Shown in pieces: positions 30,193-40,308 of a stretch of 54,560 nucleotides of DNA. Source of the stretch: Cyanophyceae cyanobacterium (GTDB lineage: Bacteria > Cyanobacteriota > Cyanobacteriia > Cyanobacteriales > Laspinemataceae). Location of the stretch: the NCBI GenBank assembly GCA_038321985.1, contig JBBQFN010000036.1, positions 1 to 54,560 of the forward strand, read 5' to 3'. A program made the position numbers and the translations under genes. The notes under the pieces are model-generated. The model was not told where the DNA came from. It saw only the letters and a list, made by a program, of their open reading frames with translations, and made no database searches. Numbering within the stretch: position 1 is the first letter of the stretch; each line of letters opens with the position of its first letter.

Positions 30193-31485
30193 ATGATTCA
30201 TGTGATAGGAATTGGTTTGGATGGGGTGGCGGGACTGAGTAAACCCGTGCGCCAAATTATAGAAGCGGCGGATCTTCTGGTAGGAAGCGATCGTCACTTA
30301 AGTTATTTTCCCATGCATCCAGCCGAACGCCTGGTTTTAGAAGATATTGGCCTCACTTTTAAGACTCTATGCCGTCAGTTAAATCGCTGGAATTCGGATT
30401 CAGTGGACAGTTCCCCCCGGCGCACCCTGGTCGTCCTTACCAGTGGCGATCCGTTATTTTTTGGGTTGGGACGGTTACTGTTAACTGAACTGCCTCCGGA
30501 ACAACTTTATTTTTATCCCCATTTAAGCTGCATTCAATTAGCATTTAGTCGGATTAAAGTGCCCTGGCAAGATGCCCGAATTGTGAGTGGGCACGGACGG
30601 ACTTTAGATGAATTATTGACGGTGTTGCGCGAGGGTGCACAGAAAGTTGCCATCCTTACCGACGGCAAAAATACCCCAGGGTCAATCGCCCGTCTGCTGC
30701 TTTCACTGGATTTACCCAGTCATTATGACTTCTGGGTGTGTGAAAACCTCGGTGGTACTGATGAGCACGTGCAGTCTTTTCCCCTCCAGCAACCGGATGA
30801 TATTCTCGCCCTGGAATCCCGCACCTTTTCTCCCTTAAATGTGGTGGTTTTAGTCCGGCAATTGGGAACCCTCCATGAAACCTTAGATTTGCAAAACTTA
30901 CCCACATTTGGGTTACCTGATAGTACCTTTTTAACTTTTAGCGATCGCCCCGGTTTGATGACGAAGCGAGAAATGAGAATTCTCATTCTAGGGGAATTAG
31001 GGCTGCAACCGGGTCAAATTGTTTGGGATATTGGGGCAGGAACGGGCTCGGTTTCCATTGAAATTGGACGGTTATTTCCGAATTCCCAAGTCTATGCGAT
31101 CGAAAAAACTGGCGCGGGGATTTCTTTAATCGAGGAAAATTGTCAACGCCTCCAGGCGCGAAATGTGATTTCTATTCACGGCAGCGCCCCAGATATTTTA
31201 GATCGACTACCAGTTCCCCATCGTATTTTTATCGGGGGTACGGGGGGTCAATTGCGGACTATTCTGGGGTTTTGTGGGGGTCAATTAGCAAAAGGTGGAA
31301 CAATGGCGATCGCCTTAGCAACCCTGGAACATTTAAACGAGGCATTGAATTGGGTAAATGAACGAGAGTGGGATTATCGCATCTTACAGGCGAATTTATC
31401 CCGTTCGGTTCCGATTGCGCATCTTACCCGGTTTTCTCCTCTAAATCCGGTGACAATTCTTACTATTAACAAGCCAGCAGAATAG
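30193..31485 (+). CDS. cbiET: Bifunctional precorrin-6Y C5,15-methyltransferase (CbiE/CbiT)
   Basis: VIGIGLDG, SGDPLFFGLG, HGR, CENLGG, MTKREMR, WDIGAGTGSVSIE. Confidence 0.93.
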   Translation: MIHVIGIGLDGVAGLSKPVRQIIEAADLLVGSDRHLSYFPMHPAERLVLEDIGLTFKTLCRQLNRWNSDSVDSSPRRTLVVLTSGDPLFFGLGRLLLTELPPEQLYFYPHLSCIQLAFSRIKVPWQDARIVSGHGRTLDELLTVLREGAQKVAILTDGKNTPGSIARLLLSLDLPSHYDFWVCENLGGTDEHVQSFPLQQPDDILALESRTFSPLNVVVLVRQLGTLHETLDLQNLPTFGLPDSTFLTFSDRPGLMTKREMRILILGELGLQPGQIVWDIGAGTGSVSIEIGRLFPNSQVYAIEKTGAGISLIEENCQRLQARNVISIHGSAPDILDRLPVPHRIFIGGTGGQLRTILGFCGGQLAKGGTMAIALATLEHLNEALNWVNEREWDYRILQANLSRSVPIAHLTRFSPLNPVTILTINKPAE

Positions 31486-31503
31486 AGAAAAAACCGGGAT
31501 TAT

Positions 31504-33672
31504 TTATTCAGAAACTGGGAAATCTCGCAACTGTTCAAAGAGTCGGTAGATATCCTGAGCAAACTTTTTGGGGTTCCATAAGGGGGCGAGAGTTTCCAGT
31601 TGTTTCGATTGGATTAATTGGTTTTGAATCTGCTGCAGGAAGAGGCGATCGCAGCCGAAACTAACTCCCCAATCTACATACTCCTCCCAACTCCATGCTA
31701 CCCCTGCCTCAATCCCAACGGCTTGCAAAAAAGAATAACCCATGCGCGAGAGAAATTGCTCTCCACTGCGGGTAACCATAGGGAGATTAAACCATAATGC
31801 TTCTAAGGTATGAGTTCCCCCATTATAAGGATAAGAATCAAGGAGAACATCGGCTAATAAATAGAGTATTCTATGTTCTTCTTCCGTGCGAGTTCGGGGC
31901 AGAAACTTGATCCGAGAAAAGCTCACATTCTGGGCAGCGCATTCTTGTTGATAAGTCGCTGAAATTACCGTGTGATCTCCTTCTCCCTTGTAGATTAAAA
32001 CACTGTTAGGAACTTGTTTGAGGATGGCAATTTGAGCCTGAACTAAATCCAAATTAAACTTACGCCCCGGGGCAATACAGAGGTAAACTACTTGGGTTGA
32101 ATCAATCCCGAAAGAATGTCTAAATGTATCGCGATCGCCCTCAATTCGCTGAAATCCCGAACTCGCCACAAAGCAATCCGGCATCCGCACTAATTGTTCT
32201 TGATAATAGGGTTCGGTTCCCTCGGGATGAGTCTGCCAATCCCCTAAAAAATAGTGATCGGCCGAAATAAAAGGCGCATCAAATCCTAACCAAGATACAC
32301 AAACCGGGGCGGGATGAGAGGCAAGAATCTCAATGTTGATGTTAACGGTTAACGAGTCTAAATCTACTAAAATATCTAGGCAGTCCCTCTGAATTTCGTC
32401 AAAAACGGTTTGACTTGTTACTCCCGAACTTGGATGATAAAATTTAGCCGCAAAAGATTTAAAAACAGCCGTGCGATCATCCGGTTGCAAAGGACCCGTA
32501 ACGTACAAATATAAATGCGGTGTTAGTTGGGCTAATTCTCGAAGAATATCGGCACTACACCACCCTACGGAATGTCGCTTGTAATGGGGAGAAATAATGC
32601 CAATTTTCAAGGGATTTGAAGCAATCCTGGGGGAGCCTTCCCGGGCTTTATTCCCGGGGGAAAGTGGAGGTAAAGTAGGAATAAATTTTTCTGAAATGAG
32701 GCGATAAAATTGAGAATTTTTGCGAATATCATCTCGGATATTAGTAAGGATGTAAAAGCTATTATAGTAAAGTCGTTCTATATCCCAACTGGAGGGAGTC
32801 TCTAACTTTTGAAAGAGTCGAGACTCTAAAGTTAAAAAATGTTGGTAAGCGTTTTGGGCACTGCCTGCTTTGAGATAGGCGCTAATCCAGGCGATCGCCC
32901 CCATAAATTTGTTTTCACCTTGACAAGAATCAATATAGCAGTCAGCAGCTTTACGAGCACCGGCAAAATCCCTGGAACTGATGAATAATTCATATAAATT
33001 CCAGTGTGCTTCTACTAAGTCGGGTTTGAGGGCGATCGCAGCCGTATAACTATTCACTGCCTCTTGCATCCACCCTTGGTGACGATGAATAATCCCCAAA
33101 TTAACGTGAGCTTCTGCTGATTTAGGTTCTAGTTCTAAGGTATGCTGAAATAAGGAACGAGCTTCTTCTAACTCTCCTTGATTGAGAAGGTCCGTACCCA
33201 AGGTAAAATAACCGGATGCTCCTACTAATTTAGGGTTAATTTCTAAGGCTTGTTTTTGAGATAAAATAGCTTGGTTTATATCCCCTCGTTCCTTAAATAA
33301 TTTCCCGAAATTCCAATAAACTCCTGCTAGTTTGGGGTTAAAATGCAAAGCAGTTTTATAAGAGGCGGCTGCCTGATTAAAATCTCCTTGCTGGTAGTAG
33401 ATACTCCCTAGATTTGCATGGGCTTCTGCAAACTCAGGACAGAGGGCGATCGCCCATTCGTAAGCACGGATTGCCCCCTCCAATTTCCCCAAAGATTGCA
33501 ATATATTTCCTAAAAGTTTGTAACTGGGAGCAAAATTAGGCTGAATTTGAATAACTTGATGGCAAAGAGTCAGGGACAACTGGATTTGTCTCTCGCGGTA
33601 ATATGCTTCCGCTTGCTCAGTTAATTGCTCAACTACCTGATTCATTGTTTCGTCTAATTTGGGGTATTCCAT
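31504..33672 (-). CDS. TPR + GT41 O-GlcNAc transferase / SPINDLY-like protein
   Basis: TPRs, then KIGIISPHYKRHSVG, LDILVDLDS, WLGF, LDSYPYNGGTHTLEALW. Confidence 0.88.
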   Translation of the reverse strand: MEYPKLDETMNQVVEQLTEQAEAYYRERQIQLSLTLCHQVIQIQPNFAPSYKLLGNILQSLGKLEGAIRAYEWAIALCPEFAEAHANLGSIYYQQGDFNQAAASYKTALHFNPKLAGVYWNFGKLFKERGDINQAILSQKQALEINPKLVGASGYFTLGTDLLNQGELEEARSLFQHTLELEPKSAEAHVNLGIIHRHQGWMQEAVNSYTAAIALKPDLVEAHWNLYELFISSRDFAGARKAADCYIDSCQGENKFMGAIAWISAYLKAGSAQNAYQHFLTLESRLFQKLETPSSWDIERLYYNSFYILTNIRDDIRKNSQFYRLISEKFIPTLPPLSPGNKAREGSPRIASNPLKIGIISPHYKRHSVGWCSADILRELAQLTPHLYLYVTGPLQPDDRTAVFKSFAAKFYHPSSGVTSQTVFDEIQRDCLDILVDLDSLTVNINIEILASHPAPVCVSWLGFDAPFISADHYFLGDWQTHPEGTEPYYQEQLVRMPDCFVASSGFQRIEGDRDTFRHSFGIDSTQVVYLCIAPGRKFNLDLVQAQIAILKQVPNSVLIYKGEGDHTVISATYQQECAAQNVSFSRIKFLPRTRTEEEHRILYLLADVLLDSYPYNGGTHTLEALWFNLPMVTRSGEQFLSRMGYSFLQAVGIEAGVAWSWEEYVDWGVSFGCDRLFLQQIQNQLIQSKQLETLAPLWNPKKFAQDIYRLFEQLRDFPVSE

Positions 33673-33706
33673 GTTAAATTTTTAAAGTTTACTCCAAGGG
33701 TTGACT

Positions 33707-36082
33707 CTAAACAATCCCGGCTAATTGCATGACCTGAAACAGAGATTTTATATTAACATAAATATGTTCAGCCCGAGGCGGGCAGTTGAAGGGTTTGGGG
33801 CGGAGATTCGGATGTTTTAGGTAGTAATTTTCTACCTCTTCTCCAATCAAATAATAATAGTCTAATCCCACCTGGTTGCTAATAATCCAATAACAATCAG
33901 GAACATACCTCGGTGAAAAAATTTCAATGAGCTGAGTTTCCGGCTGACAGAAAATGGTATTGGTCAATCCTGCACCATGTGGGGCCACAATCATTTTAGC
34001 CCCAGCCATTAAACTAATTTGCTCACTAACAGATAGAGATTCTAAAATGACTGTTTTAAACCCCAAGGGTTCTAACAAAGCGATGACCTCCTCTTCATTA
34101 ACAAGGCGGCGCACTTTCGCTTTTTGGCGGCTAATATAAATTTTTTCGGGAGTCTTTGAACCCTGAAAATCTATCAGGGGGAGAAATTTCTGCCGCAGAA
34201 ATTCACATACCCATTTGGGAGGACCCTCAATAAAGGGACCAAACCATTTTTCTGTACTACTTGTAACCGAAGGAACTATTAACCGATGGGCTTGAATGTG
34301 AGGATATTCAATACTCGTAATTAGTTTATCTTCCGGGATATTTAAGGCTTGAATCAGGTGTTTTTGAAAAGGATGTTTATAATTATTAATAACAAATTTA
34401 TCAATTTTTTCTAAATCCATACCACTACGGTGCAGTAGTTCAAACCGGGGTAAAATATCTACCCACGAATGATAATAAGTATCGCCACCCAGGGTTGAGA
34501 TAAATGCCACTGTTCCATCGATTTTATGAAGGGGTGGCAATTTATCTAAGGCAAATAAAAAAGGAACATTTCCGGTGGAAACATCAGCTAGTAAATGGTT
34601 ATCTTCAGACCAAACTACGCTGGTGTACAAATCACCCCAAGCCCGGCCATTGGGGACGACTGACAGGTAGGTTTCTGGGGAGTATCCGTTTGTTTCGGAG
34701 AAATAAAGGGGAACGGTTGGATCGGGTCCTGCAATCGTTTTCCCTGCCGACAGATGAACGGTAGTTTGGGGGCTGATTTCTAAGTAAGTAATTTCCGAGG
34801 CACTTTGATTTAAGTGAAATTTTGTAGCTATTTTTTTAGTTAATTGGCATATTTTTTTAGGGCTATAAACCGGGATTTTAACAAAAGATTTGGGCAACAT
34901 CTCTTCTAAGTGGGGTTGACCTCGAAAATAAAGCCTCTCGAAATCAGCATCATATTTAATAGCATTTTTGAAACAAAAAATGGCTTCTTCGAGTTCCCCT
35001 TCCCGGTGTAAAATATTTCCTAAATTTCCATAAGCCATTGCTAAATCGGGTTGAAGGGCGATCGCATGACGTAGAGAGGCTTTAGCTTCGTCGAGTTTGT
35101 CTTGTTGTTCGAGAATGTAGCCTAAGTTGCCGTGGGCCAGGGGAAAATTGGGTTGAATTTGAAGACAATCTCGCAAACAAGCAGCAGCGGCTTCTAGCTT
35201 GCCTTGTTGTTGAAAGGTTGTTCCCAAGTTGCGGTAGGCTTCAGCAAAATTTGGGTCAATTTCAATGGCTTTTTTAAAGTAGGTTATGGCTTCTTCTTTC
35301 CGGTCTACTTTTCTTAAAATCATTCCTAAATTATTGTACGCTTCAATCCAATTCGGTTGAAGTTCTATTGTGGTTTGAAAGCAAAGAATAGCCAATTCTG
35401 TCTCATTTTTCTGTTGGAGGAGGTAGCCGAGTTTAAAATGTGCAGCGGGAAGATTGGGTTGCAGGGCGATCGCTTTTTGAAAACAGGCGATTGCCTCTTC
35501 TAGCTTGCCCTGAGATTCTAGAAATATCCCTAAATTCAAATAAGCCGGACCCCAATCAGGGTAGGTCTGAATAAACTGCTGATAAAATGCAGTTGCTTCT
35601 TTAATTTTTCCTTGTTTCCCCAACTCTAATCCCACTTGATTATGAAGGTCTGGGGTAAACTGAGTGGGGTTGAGTTCTAAAGCCCTTTTTTGAGAGTCAG
35701 TCGCCTCTTCTCCTCGTCCCTGTTCCTTAAAAACTTTTTCTAAATTCCAATAAACTCCGGCCAAATCAGGCTGAAGATCTAAGGCTTTTTGATAGTAGCT
35801 AATCGCTTCATCAAATTGACCCTTTTGATAGAAAATTGACCCTTTATTTGCATGAATAGCTGCAAATTCCGGATGCAAAACCAGTGCTCGATTATAAGCC
35901 CGCATTGCCGCTTCTAGTTTACCTTGGGCCTGGAGGGCATTACCCAAAGTTTTATAGACGGGAGCAAAATTAGGCTGAATTTGAATAAGTTGATGACAAA
36001 GGGCGACGGCCTCGGTCCACATTCCATTCTGATAATAGCGTTCAGCCTGCTGATTGGTAGCGGTAGCCTCATCGATATGCAT
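33707..36082 (-). CDS. TPR + glycosyltransferase family 61 (DUF563) protein
   Basis: About 10 TPRs; YYHSWVDILPR, KIYISR, RRLVNEEEV, APHGAGLTN, IEIF. Confidence 0.88.
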   Translation of the reverse strand: MHIDEATATNQQAERYYQNGMWTEAVALCHQLIQIQPNFAPVYKTLGNALQAQGKLEAAMRAYNRALVLHPEFAAIHANKGSIFYQKGQFDEAISYYQKALDLQPDLAGVYWNLEKVFKEQGRGEEATDSQKRALELNPTQFTPDLHNQVGLELGKQGKIKEATAFYQQFIQTYPDWGPAYLNLGIFLESQGKLEEAIACFQKAIALQPNLPAAHFKLGYLLQQKNETELAILCFQTTIELQPNWIEAYNNLGMILRKVDRKEEAITYFKKAIEIDPNFAEAYRNLGTTFQQQGKLEAAAACLRDCLQIQPNFPLAHGNLGYILEQQDKLDEAKASLRHAIALQPDLAMAYGNLGNILHREGELEEAIFCFKNAIKYDADFERLYFRGQPHLEEMLPKSFVKIPVYSPKKICQLTKKIATKFHLNQSASEITYLEISPQTTVHLSAGKTIAGPDPTVPLYFSETNGYSPETYLSVVPNGRAWGDLYTSVVWSEDNHLLADVSTGNVPFLFALDKLPPLHKIDGTVAFISTLGGDTYYHSWVDILPRFELLHRSGMDLEKIDKFVINNYKHPFQKHLIQALNIPEDKLITSIEYPHIQAHRLIVPSVTSSTEKWFGPFIEGPPKWVCEFLRQKFLPLIDFQGSKTPEKIYISRQKAKVRRLVNEEEVIALLEPLGFKTVILESLSVSEQISLMAGAKMIVAPHGAGLTNTIFCQPETQLIEIFSPRYVPDCYWIISNQVGLDYYYLIGEEVENYYLKHPNLRPKPFNCPPRAEHIYVNIKSLFQVMQLAGIV

Positions 36083-36194
36083 GACGGTTTCACTCTTTTT
36101 GATTGCCCTATTATCCCAGTCCAGTGATTACGTGCGAACCCAAGGATTCAATACTCCTGGAATATTATCATATCATGGCAGTTGCCCCAATAGA

Positions 36195-36223
36195 AAAGGG
36201 GTGGAGTTTTTACTCCACCCCTT
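36195..36223. repeat. Palindrome / possible terminator
   Basis: AAGGGGTGGAGT-TTTT-ACTCCACCCCTT. Confidence 0.5.
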
Positions 36224-36322
36224 ACGCCGATTCAACAACGTTGATTAGAAAATTTTTAGTCTGGAAACCGAAGTCCTTAATTAATTTTTGAAAGAATTCG
36301 GTTTTTTAAAGTAAGTCTGAAT

Positions 36323-36892
36323 CTAGGTCAAACCTGGATTTTTTTGTTTCTCAAAATATTGAATTAAGGCATAAGCCAGGTCAGCCCGAGTCATCACGTC
36401 TAGGGGACGAATGGAGTGGTTGCTATTGGTATTTACAAACCCTTCTTGTAACGCGGTCGCCATTGCTTTTTGCGCCCAATCAGGAATATTTACTGCATCG
36501 GCATAGGCATCTAAAAGTTCAGCTATGGCATGATTTGATAGCTGAAATACGCCATACCCTTGGGCAAAAGTTGCCAGTCCTTCGGCGCGAGTCACCGGGC
36601 GATCTGGAAAAAATCGACCTTCACTATCGACACTCATTGTCCCAGTTTTTAAGGCAATTTGAATCGATCTATAATCTGGCCGGCTGCCTTTGATATCTTG
36701 AACCGAAATTTCGGCTTTATCTGCTGTGCTTCGTTGTCTTAAATTAAAGGCTTTTCCCAAAACTTGGGCCAGTTCTGACCGAGTAACGGCTTGGTTGGCA
36801 TAGGAAGTTTCATCTTCTCCTAAATTAGACATCCAGCCGATCGCAATCACTTGTTTTATAGGGGTTTCGGTCGATTGAGTTTGAGGCATCAT
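36323..36892 (-). CDS. S-layer homology (SLH) domain protein
   Basis: VTRSELA, FFPDRPVTRAE, DAVNIPDWA, IRPLDVMTRAD. Confidence 0.85.
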   Translation of the reverse strand: MMPQTQSTETPIKQVIAIGWMSNLGEDETSYANQAVTRSELAQVLGKAFNLRQRSTADKAEISVQDIKGSRPDYRSIQIALKTGTMSVDSEGRFFPDRPVTRAEGLATFAQGYGVFQLSNHAIAELLDAYADAVNIPDWAQKAMATALQEGFVNTNSNHSIRPLDVMTRADLAYALIQYFEKQKNPGLT

Positions 36893-37055
36893 TGTCCCTG
36901 GTTTTATTCTAGGAGGGTCTGTTGTTTCACTCTCCTTGATTTCGAGAAGATAGGGGGGAAATCAGGACAATTTACCCCCTATCCGGTGACCTCCGAGATT
37001 TTTCTAGGGCTGAAATTAAATGTAGTCAAGGACTTTGATGCTTCAAACAAGCGGC

Positions 37056-37487
37056 CTAAATATCTAGGATAACCATTGCTATCCATCCCTCGGGGGTGGA
37101 TTCAAGTTTAAATTGATGTAAGGTTACGGCTTTGACATCAACCCGCTGTTCATGGCGATCAGGGTCGAGGGTTTCTCCCATTGCGATCGCCTCTAGCTGA
37201 TACAGTCCATCTTTCTGGGCGATCGCCACCTGTTGCCCGCGCAATAGCAATTGTTCACTATCTTTATAATACAAGAATTCTTGTAAATAATTAAACAGCA
37301 ACATATCTAATTCATCGTTTTCTAACGTGAAATTTCGCTGTTCAGTAAGGGCTATTGTTTCTAACTCAAAAATCATGGCATTAACCGTCGCATCTCCTGC
37401 TTCAATAAACACCATTTCTAAATCTTTGCCCTGGGCAATAAAGGCAATGTCTGCTGTTGCCACCTCTTCTAAAAATTCATAAGGCAT
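37056..37487 (-). CDS. Archease
   Basis: MPYEFLE..TAD N-terminus; DVKAVTLH and ILDI C-terminus. Confidence 0.93.
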   Translation of the reverse strand: MPYEFLEEVATADIAFIAQGKDLEMVFIEAGDATVNAMIFELETIALTEQRNFTLENDELDMLLFNYLQEFLYYKDSEQLLLRGQQVAIAQKDGLYQLEAIAMGETLDPDRHEQRVDVKAVTLHQFKLESTPEGWIAMVILDI

Positions 37488-37490
37488 TGG

Positions 37491-38378
37491 TTATTCCTCA
37501 CAGGATTGCAATCGATGGATAATATCGGATTTGCGAGTTTCTAATTGTTTACCAATAAAGACCAACTCGATTTTTTCCCACTCAAAGGGTTCTAATTCCC
37601 ACCGTCCCGCGACGAAATTAAATAAATAACTCGCCTCCTCAGTAAACTGGATGAATCCCTTAGCGCGATAAACCTCCGATTCTAGAGAGTCCGCGAAGGC
37701 TTCAAACCGGAGACGATGAAACAGCCGTTCCGACGTATAACTAAAGGAGTCAAACTCCGGTTGATGAACGTGATCCGGTGGTTTTTGAAGGCGATCGCGG
37801 TTTAATCCAAACAGCAAATCTGAATCAATTCGACAGCGTTCGGTTTTGATAATGGGGGCGATGCTATTAATCTGAGTTAGCTTTTCTTCAATTTCCTTCA
37901 ATTGTCCCTCATCCACTAAATCGACTTTATTTAATAGAATGATATCCGCCCCTTCAATTTGCAGGCGGCTAGTGTGACCGATTTGAGGATATTTCACCAA
38001 ACCATCCGCATCAATAGTCGTAATCACCCCATCCAAAATCACCTGAGTTAAGGTGTCTTGGATGTCAAAAACTAGGGCATCAGGTTCGGCAACCCCCGTA
38101 GTTTCTACCACAATCATATCGGGTTGAATAGTTTCGAGAATTTCCTGAACCGCCGCCTCAAATTCTCCTGACAAAGAACAGCAAACGCAACCGCCACCTA
38201 ATTCGGCAATCTGAATATTTTTCCCTTCTATTACTTTGCTATCGATGGCAATTTCGCCAAATTCATTCATTAGGATAGCAATTTTTCGAGGAACAGTCTC
38301 CAGAATATATCGCAGCAGGGTGGTTTTTCCGCTGCCTAACGGTCCCGTAATCACGGTAATGGGAGTGCGAGTTTCCAT
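37491..38378 (-). CDS. COG0523/CobW-family G3E GTPase (metallochaperone)
   Basis: GPLGSGKTT, NEFGE, GGCVCC, ETTGVAEP, LNKVD, CobW_C (YRAKG, LVFIG). Confidence 0.92.
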   Translation of the reverse strand: METRTPITVITGPLGSGKTTLLRYILETVPRKIAILMNEFGEIAIDSKVIEGKNIQIAELGGGCVCCSLSGEFEAAVQEILETIQPDMIVVETTGVAEPDALVFDIQDTLTQVILDGVITTIDADGLVKYPQIGHTSRLQIEGADIILLNKVDLVDEGQLKEIEEKLTQINSIAPIIKTERCRIDSDLLFGLNRDRLQKPPDHVHQPEFDSFSYTSERLFHRLRFEAFADSLESEVYRAKGFIQFTEEASYLFNFVAGRWELEPFEWEKIELVFIGKQLETRKSDIIHRLQSCEE

Positions 38379-38383
38379 CGTGA

Positions 38384-39835
38384 TTACCCCTTCACGTTTC
38401 CAATCGGAACTAAGCGAACTACTCGCTTACTTAATCCCGCTAATTCGGTAGCATTTACAACCTCATCCACATCTTTATAAGCCCCCCCTGCTTCTTCTGC
38501 TAAACCCCGCCAGGAAGTGGTCCGAATATAAATTCCTTGCTTCTGCATATCTTTTTGTAATTGTTCACCCTGCCACAATTTCCGCGCCTTGGTACGACTC
38601 ATGGTTCGTCCGCTACCGTGGGCGGTACTAAAGAAACTTTGAGCCCCCGTAGATACCCCGGCTAAGAGATAGGATCCGGTTTCCATACTTCCGCCCAAAA
38701 TCACCGGCTGACCAAAGGGTTTATAACGGTCGGGGATGCCTTCCATACCGGGCCCAAAGGCGCGAGTTGAACCCTTGCGATGCACCAACAGCGATCGCTC
38801 TTTTCCATCCACAATATGCTGTTCTAATTTGGCCGTATTGTGCGAAACATCGTAAACTTGATGCATTCCTAACGCTTCTGCTGACCGTCCAAATACTTCG
38901 GAAAAAACTTCTCGAATCCGGTGTAAAATCACCTGCCGGTTGGCAAAAGACATATTTAATCCACATTTCATCGCCGCAAAATAATCCTGCCCTTCGGGAG
39001 AATTAAAGGGTGCGCAAGCCAGTTCTCGGTCTAAAATGTTAATCCCATATTTGGATTCCATAACTTTGAGAAAGACTTGCAGGTAGTCCGTTGCCACCTG
39101 ATGTCCAAATCCGCGACTGCCACAGTGAAACATGATCACCACCTGATTCGGAATCGTAATCCCAAAGGCTTCGGCTAATTCTGGATCGACAATATTTTCA
39201 GGACGGGCGACTTGAATTTCTAAATAGTGGTTACCAGAACCCAGAGTCCCGATTTGATTGCAACCGCGATCAACGGCTTTGTCACTAATTTTTGAGGCAT
39301 AAGCCCCGGCAATACAGCCATTTTCTTCGGTGAGTTCTAAATCCTCTTCCCATCCATAACCATTGTTAATACACCATTTGGCACCTTCTTGCACAACTTG
39401 GCGAAATTCATTCCGGGAAATTTTCACAAACCCTTTACTTCCAACCCCAGCCGGAACGCGTTGGTACAACTTATCAATTAATTGTTTAATGTAGGGTTTG
39501 ACCTCTTTTTCCGTGAGATTGGTCACGACTAACCGCATCCCACAGTTAATATCAAATCCAATTCCCCCGGGAGAAATAACCCCCCCTTCGGCAATATCCA
39601 TCGCGGCAACACCACCAATCGGAAATCCATAACCAAAGTGACCATCGGGCATACACAAAGCATATTGAGTAATTCCCGGCAGGGTCGCCACATTGGTGAT
39701 TTGATCCGAGACGGCTTGATCCATCTCCTGCATTAACTGTTCTGTCGCATAAATTCGGGCCGGAACCCGCATTCCGGGTTTGTAGGAGGTGGGAATTTCC
39801 CAAATGTTATCGGAAATTTGCTTTATAGGTTTCAT
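38384..39835 (-). CDS. rtcB: RNA 2',3'-cyclic phosphate/3'-P:5'-OH ligase RtcB (archease-dependent type)
   Basis: MPDGHFGYGFPIGG, GFDINCG, GTLGSGNHYLE, HCGSRGFGH, HRKG, HGSGRTMSR, AYKDV. Confidence 0.96.
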   Translation of the reverse strand: MKPIKQISDNIWEIPTSYKPGMRVPARIYATEQLMQEMDQAVSDQITNVATLPGITQYALCMPDGHFGYGFPIGGVAAMDIAEGGVISPGGIGFDINCGMRLVVTNLTEKEVKPYIKQLIDKLYQRVPAGVGSKGFVKISRNEFRQVVQEGAKWCINNGYGWEEDLELTEENGCIAGAYASKISDKAVDRGCNQIGTLGSGNHYLEIQVARPENIVDPELAEAFGITIPNQVVIMFHCGSRGFGHQVATDYLQVFLKVMESKYGINILDRELACAPFNSPEGQDYFAAMKCGLNMSFANRQVILHRIREVFSEVFGRSAEALGMHQVYDVSHNTAKLEQHIVDGKERSLLVHRKGSTRAFGPGMEGIPDRYKPFGQPVILGGSMETGSYLLAGVSTGAQSFFSTAHGSGRTMSRTKARKLWQGEQLQKDMQKQGIYIRTTSWRGLAEEAGGAYKDVDEVVNATELAGLSKRVVRLVPIGNVKG

Positions 39836-40308
39836 ACAAATATTTTAAGGTAAAAAAATCGAGAAATAAAGAGCCTATTATGAAACTCAATTGGAAGAAC
39901 CCTATACCCTTTAGGTAAAACTTCCCGAATACCCCTCCCTTAAGTCTGGGCAGCCTTCTTAAAAGAGTGAGTGTATTGGCTAAGGGCGAGGGTTATCAGT
40001 TAGGCTTTCCTGACATTTTGCCGATAAACTGAGGGTTCATGATTTAGACTCTCTCTACTCTGTTTATAATAACTGTTGCCCCGGGATTTTGCCCATTCAC
40101 CTCGGCTTCGGGGAAACCAATCTAGGCGATCGCCCCCCGGGGCAAACAGTTCTAGCGGCTTGTAATACAATCAACCCCACGGTTAACGGCTGGGATATAA
40201 TCCTATGAACTCATTATTAGCCATCTACTCTAAATACACCCTTACCATTTTCCTATAGAACTATAAAATTTAATCCCCTCACCTGTATAAAACCACCTGT
40301 AAAATTTA

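Noticed and set aside
39836..40308. Y RNA, tRNA-like RNA or Zur box upstream of rtcB
   Set aside because: No cloverleaf, Ro-binding stem or TGATAATnATTATCA palindrome was recognisable.
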